DNA of 63,773 bases, the filler included, from Platydemus manokwari (taxonomy: Eukaryota), in NCBI GenBank assembly GCA_037951405.1. It is 6 parts of 6 records of this genome, joined end to end, with 100 filler letters (N's around TTAATTAATTAA, not from the genome) between each part and the next. Parts side by side here need not be neighbours in the genome. Positions count along the whole stretch, not along the records: positions 9,573 to 19,953 come from JBBMOY011138217.1; positions 20,054 to 29,567 come from JBBMOY011238320.1; 4 more parts are not named here. One strand, 5' to 3'. The notes beneath the pieces are model-generated. The model ran no database searches. It was given only the letters and a program-made list of their open reading frames with translations, and was not told the DNA's origin. Below are positions 10,949 to 26,552 of this stretch, piece after piece. The position numbers and the translations under genes are program-made. Position 1 is the first letter of the stretch; every line of letters begins with the position of its first letter.

Positions 10949-13900
10949 ACAATTTTCCTCAACTCGCTCTTTGATTCATTGTTTCACCCAGGCTACATCC
11001 GCTGTTGTTTCATTTCAACTTCCTGCTTTAATTGGTTTCGTCATACAAGCATATCAGGACAACACAAGAAATATGCAGTTGCCAACTTGTGCCGTTAAAA
11101 GGATTATTTAATCTCTTGTTGGTTATTATAAATGAACAAAAATAACGTAGTCAAATCATGTCTTAATAACTCTTATTGTTGTATTGATTAAAGATCAATT
11201 TTTTAATAAATAATTAAATTTAAAGAAATAGGCGATGGATTTAAATTGCCATCGAAAAATAAAAAACATTTGCATTGGTTTACTTATATGCTAATTTCAT
11301 TATTTTTTGCAATTATTCATGACTATCTGGCAATATTAAAACTTCCCACGTTAGAACCAAGTCTGCTATAAGAAAAGCAACTAAGTGTCCCATAACCGGT
11401 ACCATAGTGGAAAGTGACAACAAGGAACTCGAGGAGAGGAGTCTTATCAATTTAAATGAATCACCCAACTAGAGAAATAGTTACATTAAATTTGATGTCT
11501 TAAATTTACATTTCAGAGTTAAAAATTTGGAAATATTTTTATAAATCATTCTCTTCAATTGTAGTTAGTTTGAAAATATAAAATTGAGAGAGATTCTTTA
11601 ACTTCACAAAAATTTTGGTTTTCTTTATGTTTCCATAAACGACGTAAGTGGGTTTGTTTTTCTATAATCGATTTTAGTAATTACGACTGCACTATTAAAC
11701 AAAAATGAAAAGTATCACAAAATAAATTCTGCAGTGTTTAGATGTTTAAAATAGAAAAGCAGTAGATACTGGAAATGTTCATTTCTATCTACCTGATATT
11801 CCATTTTAATGAGGGAAATGAAAGTGAAAGTTGGTCTAAAATAATTGTAGATAATTCAGCTGAATAAATATAACTAAAATAAGTTAAAATAAGAAGTTGG
11901 TGTGTTTTCTTTGCAACAAATAAAACCGCAATTATTTAATCACCAACCAAAAAGATTTATTCTAAATATAAAATTGAAATCTTTAATTCCTCAGGACCTG
12001 TCGTTCAGTATTTGGTTCGCTTCTGCTCATAATTCTTTTCTCATAGATTGCATGATATTTCTGCCTTGATATAGACGTTCAATTTACTAATTAACTCACC
12101 TAATCTGTACTTTATAATCCTCAAGATATAAAGTTCACAACTTAGCTCGTACGTTCAATTGACTTTTGATACATAACGAGGAAGAGCGAATTATACTTTT
12201 CACAACACCTGGGCGTAAGCACATGATTTTAGAATATTTAAAGTTTTTTTAAATATGAGCACCAATTTTAATTAATATCCTATCACTATTCAAATATAAA
12301 TTTCAATTATAATAATTATTGTTACTCCATGAAATATCACAACGGAAACCAATCATTAGTCACGTGCAAGTATTTTTATCTCCAGTCTGTATCTATTATC
12401 TTCCTCACAGCTCCAACCGTGTAAGCTAGGGGGAGTCACTCTGTCCACCTAACAAAATCTATAATTAGAAAATAATGTGTAGTAGTGTCTCTTAGAATTA
12501 TAATATGCTTAAAGTTATATGTTGCTGAGTGCTAATTTATATATTATTTTCTATGCCTCTATGAGTCTTTGCAATGCATTATGATTTGTTGCTATTTTAG
12601 TTCTCCAAAATATTCAGGGAATACTTTTAATTGGATATATATTTAGTTGACATGTTGGGATTTCATGAGAAAAGATAAATATAATAGAATAAAAATTCTG
12701 GTGTTTTACGATAGATGATAAAAGGCAGTCATAGACTAGTAATAAAATTGCTAATACAATGAAGGTTGCGATTTAAACCCCAACAGAATCTGCTCCTTTC
12801 AGATCCGAAGGGAGTATTCGATAACAATACAGATAATATTTAGATTATAAATAGTCACTATTCTTCTATTGTCTCAACAGTATTATTCATGTTTCTATTC
12901 GTCTCAAATGATTTATTAATGGACTGTAACTGCTCCTAAAAGTGTTGAATGATAATGACAATTGTTAATGATGATGTTATCCAAATGAATATTAAGGATC
13001 TTAAAAATACAATACTATTAAAACAATTGAAAATCAATACTAAATAAAATGTTTATTTAGAATGAATAATAAATTAGAATGATTTTGATGTTACTTTTGT
13101 ACACCTAAGCGATGGATACAATTCCTACCATTCAAGAAAGCTGTTATGACCAACAAACCCCTACGAAATATTGAGGAAATATTTTGAAGGGATTTGAACA
13201 AAGTTCTATAAATTGTGAATAATATGCTGCAGATATTCTAATATGTGATTTTAAAATTATAATATCTTACTGTTAGGTCTTCTTGCAGAAAATAGTCTTC
13301 TCAATTGTAAATCGAGTCCTGATTTTCTTATGCAGCAATTGTGCATGTAATAATTGCAATGTATAATTGTTTATTATACTGGAACTAATCGTGGCATAGA
13401 GAGATTTTCAGCAATTAATTTTATTATATCAGGGATAAATTACCTCCTATTAAATTAAATGAATGGTTATTTTATTTTATTCTTCACGATTATCTTATTT
13501 GTAGCTAGAATTCATTATGAGCGATAACTAATAAATCGACTAGGAATATTGCTTTAATTAACAAATTTATTATAGTGCAAATTTAATAGATTTAATTTGT
13601 TAATATTTTTTGGTATGCTATGTTTATTGATTTATTACAACTTGAGTCACTATAAATTGAAAATTACGTGATAATTGAGTGAGTATTGAAATCCTATTAA
13701 TAGATAGGCTGAACTCTATTTTGTTTTTATTGATAAAATTAAATTATTATACCTGACTTCAAAAGGTGTAAATTATGAACTGAATTTGAGATTATTTTAT
13801 ATATCAAGAATAAAATAACTAAAATGAATTTATCTAAGGTATAATTATTATTACAATTAGTACAATTCAATAGACACCACCCAATACAATACGAAAAGTA

Positions 13901-16068
13901 AAATATTCAGAGTTTTAGGTAAATAATCAGGTTGTGGTTTGCTTTTAATTATCAGTCTTATTTAGAGTTTTACATCGATAAAACTTTTATAAATTTTAAT
14001 AATTTCTTATAGCCATGCTCGCAAGTGTCCTCAATAGATTTTATCAGTGGTTAGGACTAATTGGCCGTAACCAGTACTATAGGATCTTTCTTTTAGTTTA
14101 AGATTTTAGTTATACCCAAATTGAACTGGATTCAAGCTAAAACTTAATAATGAACGCATTTTTCTTTAGCCGATTGTGAAAAGTCGCAATACTTAATAAA
14201 TAAATACATAATACTTAATAATAAATACATAATAAATACTTAATCTACTAACTCTATATGATAGTCGTGTCGTTTGTCGCGTTTCCTATTGTACTGTGGT
14301 CTTTTTGAATTGACTGATGATATTAAATTGATCATTATGCACACCTACATTATGATACACTTGACATAATTTGTATTTCCTTGAGATTTTCTTTCTAAAT
14401 TTTTGATTTTCGATGAATCAAAATAATATTAGATATTTTTGCTAAATAAAATTCTGCTTATTCAAAATCAGTTTGAACAGAAGAACTTCTTTACTCTTGT
14501 TTGATGTTTAATATGCAGTTAATGAGCCCGTTTAAACGCAAAATAAATTATACATGGAGTAAGATTATTATCCCTATTAAATTGCACAGTACAAAATGTA
14601 AAATGTGATTCATCATAACGATACGTTAAAGATTTGAAAACTTTATACATAATTTTATAATTTAAATTTAAAATACGAATGTATAATTAGTAAAAAGGAA
14701 TTGATTAAGCTTATGAATCAGAAATTTTTTATTGGAAATATTCAATCTATCTGAATACTAACGGATATACGTTTTGGTTGCAGAAAAATATTGGGATAAT
14801 ATTAAAAATAATATTTAGAATGTGAATAATAGTTATGTTAAAATCAATAGAAGTCGACAAGTCAATAAAATAGAAACTCTAGTAACAATTGATCTATTGG
14901 AGTTCAAAAAGTTAAAGATTGATGAAACTTTCTAATATTATATTTGATATATAAATTTGAAATTAGTCAAGTGAACTAACTGTTTTAAAATCTTTAACCT
15001 ATTAATACGAATACCTATTAATGCACAATTCGAACGCCTGGTTAGGAAAAAATGTGTGTATGACACATGTAATTTGTTGTAAAAATAATGAATGTATGTA
15101 TTATTGAGTAGGTGTGCTTTTTATGAAACTAGAACTGCCATTTTATCTTCAGTTGTTTTTTAAATCAGAATTTTGTAAATTGTATAATTTATCCTTTTAA
15201 TACATATCCAAACAACCAAAATATAATCACGTTTGTTTATATGATATTATATATTTCCTACACCGAAATTTTAAAATATTTTACTGCTATTGAGATAGAT
15301 GACAATGATCGAATTCTAGTGTAAAGCACTCAATCATATTCTATAATGGGTTAACATCGATTGCTTTACGAATAAATAATTTGTATTTTTATAAAATTAT
15401 CTCAGATATTTCTTAAATTGATACACATTAAACGTATTGTTTGTTGAACTAATATTTTTTTATTCATATAAGAAACAAATAAACCACATTATTTCGGTTG
15501 ATTACCAACATCAGTTACAAATATCAAATTCAATCCTATTTTACTATTACTGCTTGCATAAGACTCGATAAAGCAAGTTTGCTAAAAAATACTTAACAGA
15601 AAATATTAATTAAAAACTGTTTTCTGAATAAAAGCACTTTGTGTAGTTTATTTTCCTTTTAATTGTTGATCGAAGTTGAATGAAATAAGATATAAAACTA
15701 AATTAATGAACCGATGAATATCTATTGAGAGTCCACATTAAAGAAGCTTGGTGTGATAAATAAAGAATGAAAAAATGAAAGGTAAGCACAAGTCGCTTGG
15801 AAGAAGTATCCGAGCCTAAAAGGCTAGGAAGAGAAGAAAAAATAATTGGAGAAAGAAATGCTGGAGTGTTGACTTAGATGCTTAAAATCAACAAATCAAG
15901 AAGTCAATTGATGGTCAAAGTTAACTCCGTCGAATTCCAATTGCAGCCCAATGAGTACCCACTAAGTTATTGGTTTTTACTTGTACTGGTTATGGATGTG
16001 TGATGAGATTGGCTATGGAGATGCTGACTGTTGTACAGATCAGACTCCAGACAATCTTTTGTGTTTCA

Positions 16069-16662
16069 TGTTAAGTATGTAGGTTGCGATTTAAGTATAG
16101 ATAATAATATAATAAATAAATATAGCGCAATATACTGAGAAGTGTAATTAATAATCAACCAAATACAAAATTATTTATAATACAAAATTAGATAACCAAG
16201 TGTATTACTATAATTATGTAAAAATAGGACTGGCGAAGTGTAAGCTCGCTTAACCAAGGGGTAAGATTCACGATAGAGGTGAACCATACAATGAATAAAA
16301 GCTATAAAAAAATGAGAGCAAACGAAGAATGGATTACTTAATACCGAATCTATCGACACGGTGGGAAACTATTATCTTTTTGGTCTTTACCTCGCTGAAT
16401 AAAGTCGGCTTGTGCTGGAGTTTCTTGTTAGACTGTGCTTGGCTCGTAGCTGATTAATGCTTGTGACTAATTTTCGCTGTCTACTTGTTGGCTTTTCGCT
16501 TCTAATCTTACTTTCGCTGTTTTCATTAATTTTATGGCCATTTGCTCTAAAACTCCAGCTTGTTATATTCTATTTTTGTTATGATTTTAACCAATCGCCA
16601 TTTTTCTATTTCTGGAATTTTAAAATCCTATTTTTTATGTGATTATATTTGTGGGCGTAACA
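16069..16662 (+). mobile_element. Putative solo LTR
   Basis: TGTTA...TAACA inverted termini, internal TATAAAA (about 16303) followed by AATAAA (about 16398) and a T-rich U5-like tail. No clear TSD. Confidence 0.4.
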
Positions 16663-19600
16663 TGTTATTTGTCGTTGTGTGACTCACTATGGTTTCGGAT
16701 CCTAACAAGTAGTTCAATAATTTCAAATGTAATAACAAATCAGCACATGGATTTTAAATCACCAGAGGTATATTTTAGGAAACGACTTGAATAAGTAGTA
16801 CTTTATTTCAGTAGATACTTGTTTATAAAAAAAAGACGGCTGTGCTGAGGAATAGCATCAACATTTTCAGTGCCCATAAAATCAAAGAATCAATCATCAA
16901 CTTGCCCAACCTTGATTCAAAAAATGTCAATCCAAAAAAATAAAACCAATTAAAAATACCGTTACAATAAAATTGATATCTAATTTATGAATTAAGTGCG
17001 TTGACATTTTTGTAAATTAATGTTGAATTTTCAATAACCATTAATTCGATTTACTCCAAAATTCCGCAAAAAAATCAGATAAATTCTTAAGTCGATTCAA
17101 AAGCAAATGTCCAGCTGTGCGAGAATTTGCTTTCATTTTTTCGTTGATAAATGTGTGGTTCACTGGCCCACTTTTTAGTACTGTATGAAGACTAATATTC
17201 TAGGAATCTTATAACAAAGACTGAAATTAAGTGTCTACAAATAAAATATTTTCATAATTTCAATTCAAAGATAATTTCTAGAATAATTCCATTAATTAGC
17301 CTATTATGGTTCGGAATTCGTTCAGATTTATATTTAACTTTATCAAATGTGTATATCTTATGTGCATTTATATACATGATAAATATCAACGACAGAGGCT
17401 ATAAGATTGCTTAATACTCTGAATTTTATTTAATTTAACAACTGTAAATGCTAACCCAAAATTTTGCTTGATACCCAACCTCTACAAGATTCTATATTAA
17501 CAATTCCTATAAATGAAAGCCGAAATGAAACTAAACACTTTTTAATTATACGATCGTTAAGGAAGTTATACAGACCTATAGGAATTATCATAGGTCATGA
17601 ACTTAGTATATCAATAATATCAAACTACACCACAAATATTTCCACGAATGAAAATAATTGTGACGAAAATAATACATTTATTAGTTTGAAACAAACACAG
17701 AAATAGCAATCTCAATGTAGTGTGGAGTCCAACCTAGCTCATAAAATATGACACACTAGTTTAGGAAGAAAAAATATTATAATTTAAAATTTAAAAACGA
17801 AACTAAATAAAAATGAAAATATAAAAGTATAGAAATCCAACCCTAGAATAGAAAAGATAAAATTAAAAATAAATTAATAGACAAAAGCATAAAAATTATT
17901 TAAAAAGAAAAACAAAATATTAATTTAAAAATTTTCACATAAGAAATTACATCAAAAATAAATAAAACAAAAAATTTGTTTTACGACAACAAATTCTTTT
18001 TGTTTAAAAGAACTCAAAGTCACCAAAGGCAATAAAAAATTTATTTCTAAAATCTATTTTTAGTAACTACATCATTGCTAAAAATAGTGTAGGTCAATTT
18101 ATCATCTTAAGTATCTAAAAACAGTAGGATATTGCTAAATTTAGACATGACATCTTAAGAATTATTAAAATTCGTAACAAAATAGGACAAAAATAAAACC
18201 ACAGATGGCGCATGAAATCTTCAAAATCACTGCATAAGGAGTTTATTTAATTTATTATTGAAAATATTTTTCAGGGATTTTGTAATTACCATGACTATTT
18301 ATAGTGTAATTATTATTATTATAAATTTCGAAAACTTACAATGTATTTGAAAGGAGCCAATTCTGTTGAAAAATAAAATCACAACCTTTATCATGTTTAT
18401 TATTATGTTATCAGGTTATAGTTGTCTTATCTTGTTCCTATAACACCAAAATTTCGATTAAATTTAATTTATTTCTATAAAACTTCAACAGTAGTATATC
18501 TTTATTTAGAGCTTTATAATATTCAGTTGAGTAAAATAACTATTCGATCATATTAGAAACGTTGAGATTTCAAGTACTCTAGACTGATACATATATTTAT
18601 AAATTGTTTTAAGCGAATCATTAGCCAGGCTGATTGTGGTCTAAGTATTATAACTGATAATCACTGCAGTTTTGTGAAATAAGTTTATAAATACACCAAA
18701 CCAACAATTTTTAGATGTATCTTTTTTAAATATTCATATTTTCAGACAATGAAATGTTCGACATCTTTCATAATATTAGAACATCGTCAGATAAAATAAG
18801 TCGGAGTCAATTAAGGAATCACATATTTAGTGTTGTTACAGCTTCCAGTTATTCACTAGATGTTTCGTTTGGGCCAGTTTTCGAAGTCAGTACGAAACTC
18901 AACTTGAAATGTTTGTTTAATTTATATATTTAATTTATCTATGGTTATTACGTCATGACTTTATGTTGTCCATAATTTACAATTTGCTGCTGGACTCGAT
19001 TCCAAACATAAATGTGATTCTTTCATTCAATTTTAAAAAGTATCTAATTCATACCAAACAACTATTTCATCTTATCATTTTTCATTGGTATCAGTATTTT
19101 TATCTTATTATTTACCGATATCACAACAAAAGAAAAAATATGCTTCTAATTAAGGTACACGCTAAAGTCTATACTTCTAGCCAAATTCAATCAACATGCT
19201 ATAAAACGCCATGGAATCCTAACGTCACCATTTCTAAGTGATCGCGTTGTAGAAATAGTCAAAATCGAGTTGATATTTTCGGTTTTAAAATAAAAAACAA
19301 AAAATGAACATGGTTGATATAATTTCCATTCAGAAATTTAAAACAAGATTCATTATTTTTATGGTTTGATTGTAAGATTATTTTCATATATTTTTTATCT
19401 TTTAAAATTTACTCCATTGTAGCATTCTTTTATTTCTTGAGTTTTCTGTTAATTTCTCCCACAAGATGTATTTTCAATGAAATTGAATTTAATTCAATTT
19501 TCGATTGCGTAAAGTGTTTTTATTATTTATAAATTATTTTATATTAAACTTAGATTTTTCAGTTTGTTTTAGTAATATGACAAATAAGTAGCAATATTTA

Positions 19601-19953
19601 GTGTATTACAAAAGTCTTGGCAAAATTCTAAATTTTTGAGAAACGTACTTTGACTTAATATTTATGGAAATATTTACATTATTTCTCATGTTTCATTTTA
19701 AAAAATAAAACATTTAATATGCTACAAATAAACTTATATTACAAATAAGACGATTACATGTACATTAATTATAATAAGACAATCCTAAATTCAAGAAACT
19801 ATAGATTTTCTAGTAATAATAAAAATTCTTAATCATGGAACACCCCAAATAAGTCATCAAATTTATTTAAACTAACTAAAGATTATTAATTAATTTTTAA
19901 ATAAATAATAAATTGTGAATTAAACATTTTAAACTACAAAATATTTACAGTGA

Positions 19954-20053
19954 NNNNNNNNNNNNNNNNNNNNNNNNNNNNNNNNNNNNNNNNNNNNTTA
20001 ATTAATTAANNNNNNNNNNNNNNNNNNNNNNNNNNNNNNNNNNNNNNNNNNNN
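19954..20053. other. Artificial contig linker
   Basis: 44 N + TTAATTAATTAA + 44 N. Confidence 0.99.
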
Positions 20054-21599
20054 TGTAAGAGCCATTAAAGAATGTGTATCTTTAAGGACATTATTTTTAA
20101 AATCATTTTTACTTAAACCTATTAAATATGTAATTGTTTTACTCTGTTTAAAGCAACACTAAAACAAAAACAATGTTATAATAAATTTATTATCATGCAA
20201 TTTTATTATTATTATTATTATTATCCATGATATTAATATAAATAAAAATACTTCATAAATATTTAATGGAAGTCGAAAAATTCCTTTGATAAATTTCAAT
20301 TCATAATCGATAACAAGACATATGTCATTATTTATTTTAGTTCGGTATAAATAAGTTTGTCAGAATAGTGGAATGTGATTTGTCTGAAAAGATTTTATTT
20401 ATTTTAATTTTATATGAACAATTTTTTAAATTTTAACTTGACTATAAATTTTAAAATATTAAAATTATTTATTCATTATAATTAATTACATAATAATTAT
20501 AAGATTTGTAATACATTTTTCCGTTTCAGTCAATCCAGCATAGATTAATTTAATTATTGTTACATTATAAAATGAAATTGTGTTTGTTGTTAATTTCAAA
20601 AAATATTTTAAAATTATTTAATCCAATCCACTATTTTTATAACTATCGATTTTGTTCTCTAATCAAACCCATGTTCACTTTAATTAATTTCATTACTACT
20701 TACTGAGTTAAAATTTAAAATATCAAAATAAAATTAGAATTAAATAATACTTGAATAATCATGATTTAAATATCTTATCTAACTAATTATAATGATGAAC
20801 TTGTTTATTTAAAATTAATAATAAACTACTTAGCATGGAATGTAATATATTTATTAATGAATATTATGATTCACATGAATGAAGATCACAAAATAGGAAG
20901 AATTCGTGGTAATTATACAGATCAATATTCATTAATCTATCAGTACTTGTGTATTAGGTGTCAATCAATTATAAATCCTACGGATAAAAATACATTTTTC
21001 ACCAACCAATGCACAGTATTATTTGAAATTGATAATTGTTGTAACTTTGTGTATTAAAATTTGAGATAAGACAATTATATATCTTTTCATTGAGATTATA
21101 AATGGTGACTAAAAACCATTACATCACTCCAACTAGTGAAAATGAAATCATTAATTAATCCAATAGAAATTTAAGCTCAATTATTCATGAAAAGTTTCTA
21201 AATAAATTATTTTATGAGTGTAGAATTCAAAATTTTCGTATGCTTAAGTAACATTAGCCCGATTTCAAAGATTCATAACTGGAAATTTAAAATCATCTTA
21301 GTTACCAGCTTCTGGCGAAGTGACAAATTCAGTCAAATACGAAAAATAAAGTGTCAACTTGTAAAGGAATATAGTAATCCGCAGCATTTGTGTTGAGATT
21401 CTATTTTAAAATAACAAAAAAAGTTAGATATGTTTTCATTGTTGCATATCATAAGCTCAGTTTTTTTTATAAATTTGCTGCGGTTGAATATAAGCCTGTT
21501 TTTGAGAGAGAATTATGAATTTTCAAGATAAGATTAACGCGTTTTACAATCAAGTGATTACATAATCCGTTTATGATTACTATTAGATTACTTCATTAA

Positions 21600-23400
21600 A
21601 TTATAATTTATCGAGTCTCACCATTTAAAATTTTTATGGGCTTAATAATAAGGTGTACGAGTATTCGCGAACTTGTTTGTGGGATACCGATTTTAGTATA
21701 TTCTTTTACAATAAATTGGTCTTCAAACTATTGGCCCTATTTGTCAAAATGCCAGAAACGTTATATCTAACAATTAAGGATTGCCTCAAAATGCTCTTTT
21801 CTTGCTGCCTAGGCAAAACAGTTATATTTTTAAGCTTACTAACTTGTTTATTATGTCAAAAGAGGATCTTTTGTTATTCTGAACATCGACGATGGAGTCA
21901 ATATCAATTACGATTTGCTCTATGAATTCTGAACTGTCGCGGAAGTAGGACTTTTTTGTTCTGATTTGATTAATTTTCCTTTTTGCACAATGCACACATT
22001 ATTTTAAAACTTTATTTATGAATAAGTACATGTTAAGCCAATAAAATTGTCTTGTATATACGAGAATATCTTCTTGCTTCCCATTTTGTATATCTCTTCA
22101 CATATGAACTTGACAAATTATGGGTCAAAATTGCTTAGGATTATCACATTGGCTCCACTCTCCTTTTCTATTAATAGTATATTATCCGTTATTTTCAGAT
22201 AATCATGAAATCTCTTGCAAGGGCTTGGTGGTATAAAATTTGTGTCACCTTCTGATGGCCCAGAAAGAGCTTTCATAATTTTTCAAATTTCACTGCCTTT
22301 CATCTGCTGCTCACAAATTTTCACGATGAAATCTCTTTAACTTTGAATTTGTGGTAATTATCATGTTTTTGTATTATCAGTTTTGACAAAATCGTGTTTG
22401 CTTTGCACTGAGAACACTAAGCTTCACCAGTTTCGACAGTGTTACTATGCTCCTTACCTTTCCGATCTCTTAATTCAAAGCTGTATTCCGATAGATTAGC
22501 TATCAATGTTTGAAACTGAAGATTAATTGGTTTTTTGTTTAACTTGAGAATTCTAAGGCTTTATGACATGTGAGTATAACAAATTTCTTCTCAAACTGAA
22601 AGATGAATTCGTGAATTTCAAAAAGCTCCTTTCATGTCATACAGTGGCATTTTCATTGCTCGGCAACAACTGGAATTAAAATTTTAATTTTCTTTTCATC
22701 TCTGCTTACAATATAACACAAAGATTTAATTTCGTCTCTAAAGAAAAATCAGATTTATCTTCAATCCAGAAGCCTGAATTCGCTTAAACACTTCTTTTAA
22801 TATAGCTACATGTTCTTCCCAAGTTTCTTTGTATATCAATATGTCATCGAGGTAAACGTTAACTCGTTATAATTATAAAACATTCAGTAGACGATGCATC
22901 AATTTTTGATTGTAACGGAAGTCTGTTGAAACTAAATTGGTCAGTCTTTGTACAAAAAGTTGTAACATTCTGTGAATCTGCTATAAGCTCAAATTGGTAG
23001 TACGCTTGTCCAAGATCGATTGAAGAGAAAATCTTGGCACTAGCTAAACTCTCTATGTCATCATGTGAATGTCAGGCATTATCATGTAAACTTCTTGGCT
23101 ATTCCATTCAACTTGCGAAAATTGGCACACATACGAATTGATCAGTACTTTTCCCCGATAAAAATTAGAGACCTAACCACTCCCATTTGCAACAAGTCCG
23201 AAACTAATTCGTCAATTTTATTCTTTAGGCTTTCTTTTATTTTGAAATATTTGATTTTCAGTAGTTTCAATCTCATGAGCCACTAACATCGTTCTTCCCA
23301 CATCAAATTTTGATACCACAAAGATCCAAGAATTTTGCTTTGTTAATTTACCAAGCTCGCTGCCTACCTAAAACTGACGAATTACTTACGTAATGCTGTC
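21600..23400 (-). mobile_element. Heavily degraded Ty3/Gypsy pol (RT, RNase H, integrase traces)
   Basis: Minus-strand fragments CANFRKLN, ASAKIFSSIDLGQAYYQF, NVYLDDILIYKETWEEHVAILKEVFKRIQASGLKIN (YxDD at about 22843-22854) and LSEYSFELRDRKGKEH. Many stops and frameshifts. Confidence 0.85.
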
Positions 23401-25950
23401 ATCATTCAAAAATTCTGATTTAATATCCGACCAATGATTCTGTTGATCTCCGTTGGTTGGATCCAGAATATATTTATCATATCTATACCTCCGTAAATAA
23501 AGAGAAATAACAATGTAGATGTTTCATGTTTTCTCCAAACAATTGATATTTTGGCCCAACATCTACTCGTTCTCCGTTTGTAAAAATGCTCAACTCAGCA
23601 TCATTGCGTTTCTATTCAAGACATGAATTCCAATTTTCTTTCACCAAAATCACCTAACAAAAGTATCTTAGTCCCATAGCATTTCAATTTCGACGTTATC
23701 AATAAACATCTCTCTCTCTATTCTCTTTCATAATTTTTCCGATGCATCACTTCATTTCTCTGTACATTTCGATTATTGTTATTATCATTTCTTATTGATT
23801 CTACCCATGGACGAAATGCTTTTTGATCATCTATCTCGCACATTACGTAATCATTATTATCCTCGTATTAGTTTCCAACGCCTTTCTAAGAGTTGATTAA
23901 AGCAGCGCAGCATGTGACAATTTTGAAAAAATGACTTATTTTACAACATATTATACATTTGTTTTCTCAATGAGTACTGACCTTCAAAACAGCCTCAATT
24001 GTCACATCAGAAACAATGTTCTTGTTGCAATCTTTTATCTTTCGATTCTGGCAAACCGCACCTTTCATTTTAAAGTTCTCTGGTAATCTATTTCATTGAT
24101 CGTAAGGTTTGTTCTCGTATCTAGTATTGTTTATCTTCCACTATTATTGGTTTTGAGTGTGGGAATCTTGTTTTGTGTCAGTGATTTCCCTTTCATTTTA
24201 TTAAATTTTTTATTAATCCGAATTCCAAACAGGTAAAATGTTGCTGTCCTTAATGATCACTTGAATATAATAATTAAAATAATATTTAAAATACAAATAC
24301 TGGAACTGAAATGCAATTATGAACCATTGAGACACAAGACAATACAATGTATTTTGTTAATTAAAATAATACACAAATCTATTGTGGAAGTATAGTAACC
24401 TCAAGAGAACAGTAAATGGTGTGCCACCTATGTATTCTGACAAGCCCCTCTAGAAATGAGAGTGGGTAACCAGAACCGAGTTTCTTATGAAATTTTAAAA
24501 AAAAATAAAACTATAGTCAGCCGTGCGTCAGTTGATAATTGTGACAATAAATAAAAATTTACTCATTTTTACATAAAATTATTCACAATTATTTTTATAA
24601 TATCTTAAGATAATTGGCTTGTGTAATAATAAATATTTAAACTGCAAACCGATAAGGAAATCGTACAATTAATTTTAAAAATTGAAATAAGGAAATTCGT
24701 CCGATAGATTTTGTATAAGTTCTTGAAAATAAAATTTTGTTGATTTATCTGGATAAAATTTTGTGTAGTGACTAATTTCTTTCACTTATATACCGTTTGT
24801 GTGTCCTGCCCTTGCTTTGAGGTGTATTGGAATATTTGTTTCTATTTCAACCAAAGTCTATGTGTCAGTATTAAATTTTGTATCAACCTACAATTTTAAT
24901 TTACAAACATTACTTAATTGAGAGTTTATTTTTAGCACTGACGTAGTTACTATATTTAGATTTTTGTTGGATTTTTCTAACCTTAAGGTCAGTAAAGTAA
25001 TATCTTATTTCAATGTGTTAAACAAAAAATTTGAAAAATCATGTTTATTTTTATTTTTTGTTGAAAATATATTGTTTTTATTTTGTTTTTATAATTATTT
25101 TTATTTCAAAAAGATTGTTTCTAGATCTTTTCATAATAGATTTTGTTGCACTTTGATGATTCCTCACACCAAGTAGTAATTATTAATTAAAAAACCTTTA
25201 TCTTAATTCTTAAATGAAGAAAATACGTTCTAAACATAAGTATATTTTATTAACTCAGAGAAGTGAAAGTGATTGATAAATAAATTAATAAATAATTGTT
25301 AAATAAATTAGGATAAACGAGGTTAATAATAATAAGACAGAAACATATAATTAAGAACAACCATAAGGTAACCATGATTTAAAGAAAAAGGAAAATTAAA
25401 GAAAATAAACAATTAGAACTAATATATAAACAACGCACTTAACAAAATAAGAGACAACATAGAAATTCCATCCACACTTGCCAATATGAATTTTAGTATA
25501 CATAACGAGATTTGCATAACGAGGAAAGATTACGGTGTGGATATTTAAATTTAATTCACGACACTATACAAGCCTTACGGTGAAAAACAATACTGTTACT
25601 TTGAGTAAGAAAAAAACAATTCTAGAATACGAAAATGACAGCCATTCCCAGTCAATACATCATTACTGAAGTACAAAAGAACCATAATATTTAACCGTAT
25701 TATAATGGTTTATTTAACTCTTAAACAAGTTATCTTTGAACAATTTTGTTTTCTATTGAAATAGACTACCATTCCTTAAGCTCAATTATTTGAATAAATA
25801 TGAAAAATATTCCATTTATTAAAGGTTAAAAACTTTATCACAGTCGTAAATTGACACACCCACAATAATTTTACTACAAAATTTTAAATTAAAGCAACAA
25901 TGAAAATTTATTTATTCAATAAAAATTGACCATAAAGATCATTATTAAAA

Positions 25951-26235
25951 TCATAAGTTCCTCCAGAAAAATATTTTAGACACTAATAATTTCAAAGGTA
26001 TATAAATTTCATTTTCTATACTCACCAAATAACGATTATTCCTAATATAGAACATAGCATTAGAATAAACATCCCCTTCTATGACTAAAACAATTCCGAA
26101 AGATATCATGACGATCAATATTGATAAAATAATAACTATCAACTTTATCAATGAAAAATACACATTGTTATTTCGTTCAGTTTCTTTACAGAATTTAATA
26201 TCTTTTGATTGTTGGAATTCCATCTTTTTATTCAT
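25951..26235 (-). CDS. Possible small membrane protein or first exon, unknown
   Basis: ATG-initiated 94-aa ORF with one long hydrophobic segment, about 320 bp downstream of the citrate synthase stop. No recognisable family. Confidence 0.25.
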   Translation of the reverse strand: MNKKMEFQQSKDIKFCKETERNNNVYFSLIKLIVIILSILIVMISFGIVLVIEGDVYSNAMFYIRNNRYLVSIENEIYIPLKLLVSKIFFWRNL

Positions 26236-26552
26236 ATATTAGAAATATCTTTGAATTATATTAACAAAATACGATTGATATATTATATATTTAATAATGG
26301 ATAAAAGATATCCAATTTCATTTGGAAATCCCTCAATTTTTTCATTAGAAATTAAATGTGATCCAATAAAAAGTGAATAAATATCCTTTTAGATTTTACT
26401 ATATACATAAAATGAAACAAATAAGTCCAAATATTTTTTAATAACATCAAATCATAGTTTTTAGATTGCTATTTTTTAAAACAATAAGTCTAATAATATA
26501 ATAATAACATAAAGCAACTACATCTATGATAACATTCATGATAATTTTTCTC

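Noticed and set aside
14186-14245. Short tandem aatacttaat/aaatacat repeats that could be mistaken for an array
   Set aside because: Low-complexity slippage repeat with no spacers. The sequence is eukaryotic and there is no CRISPR or cas evidence anywhere.
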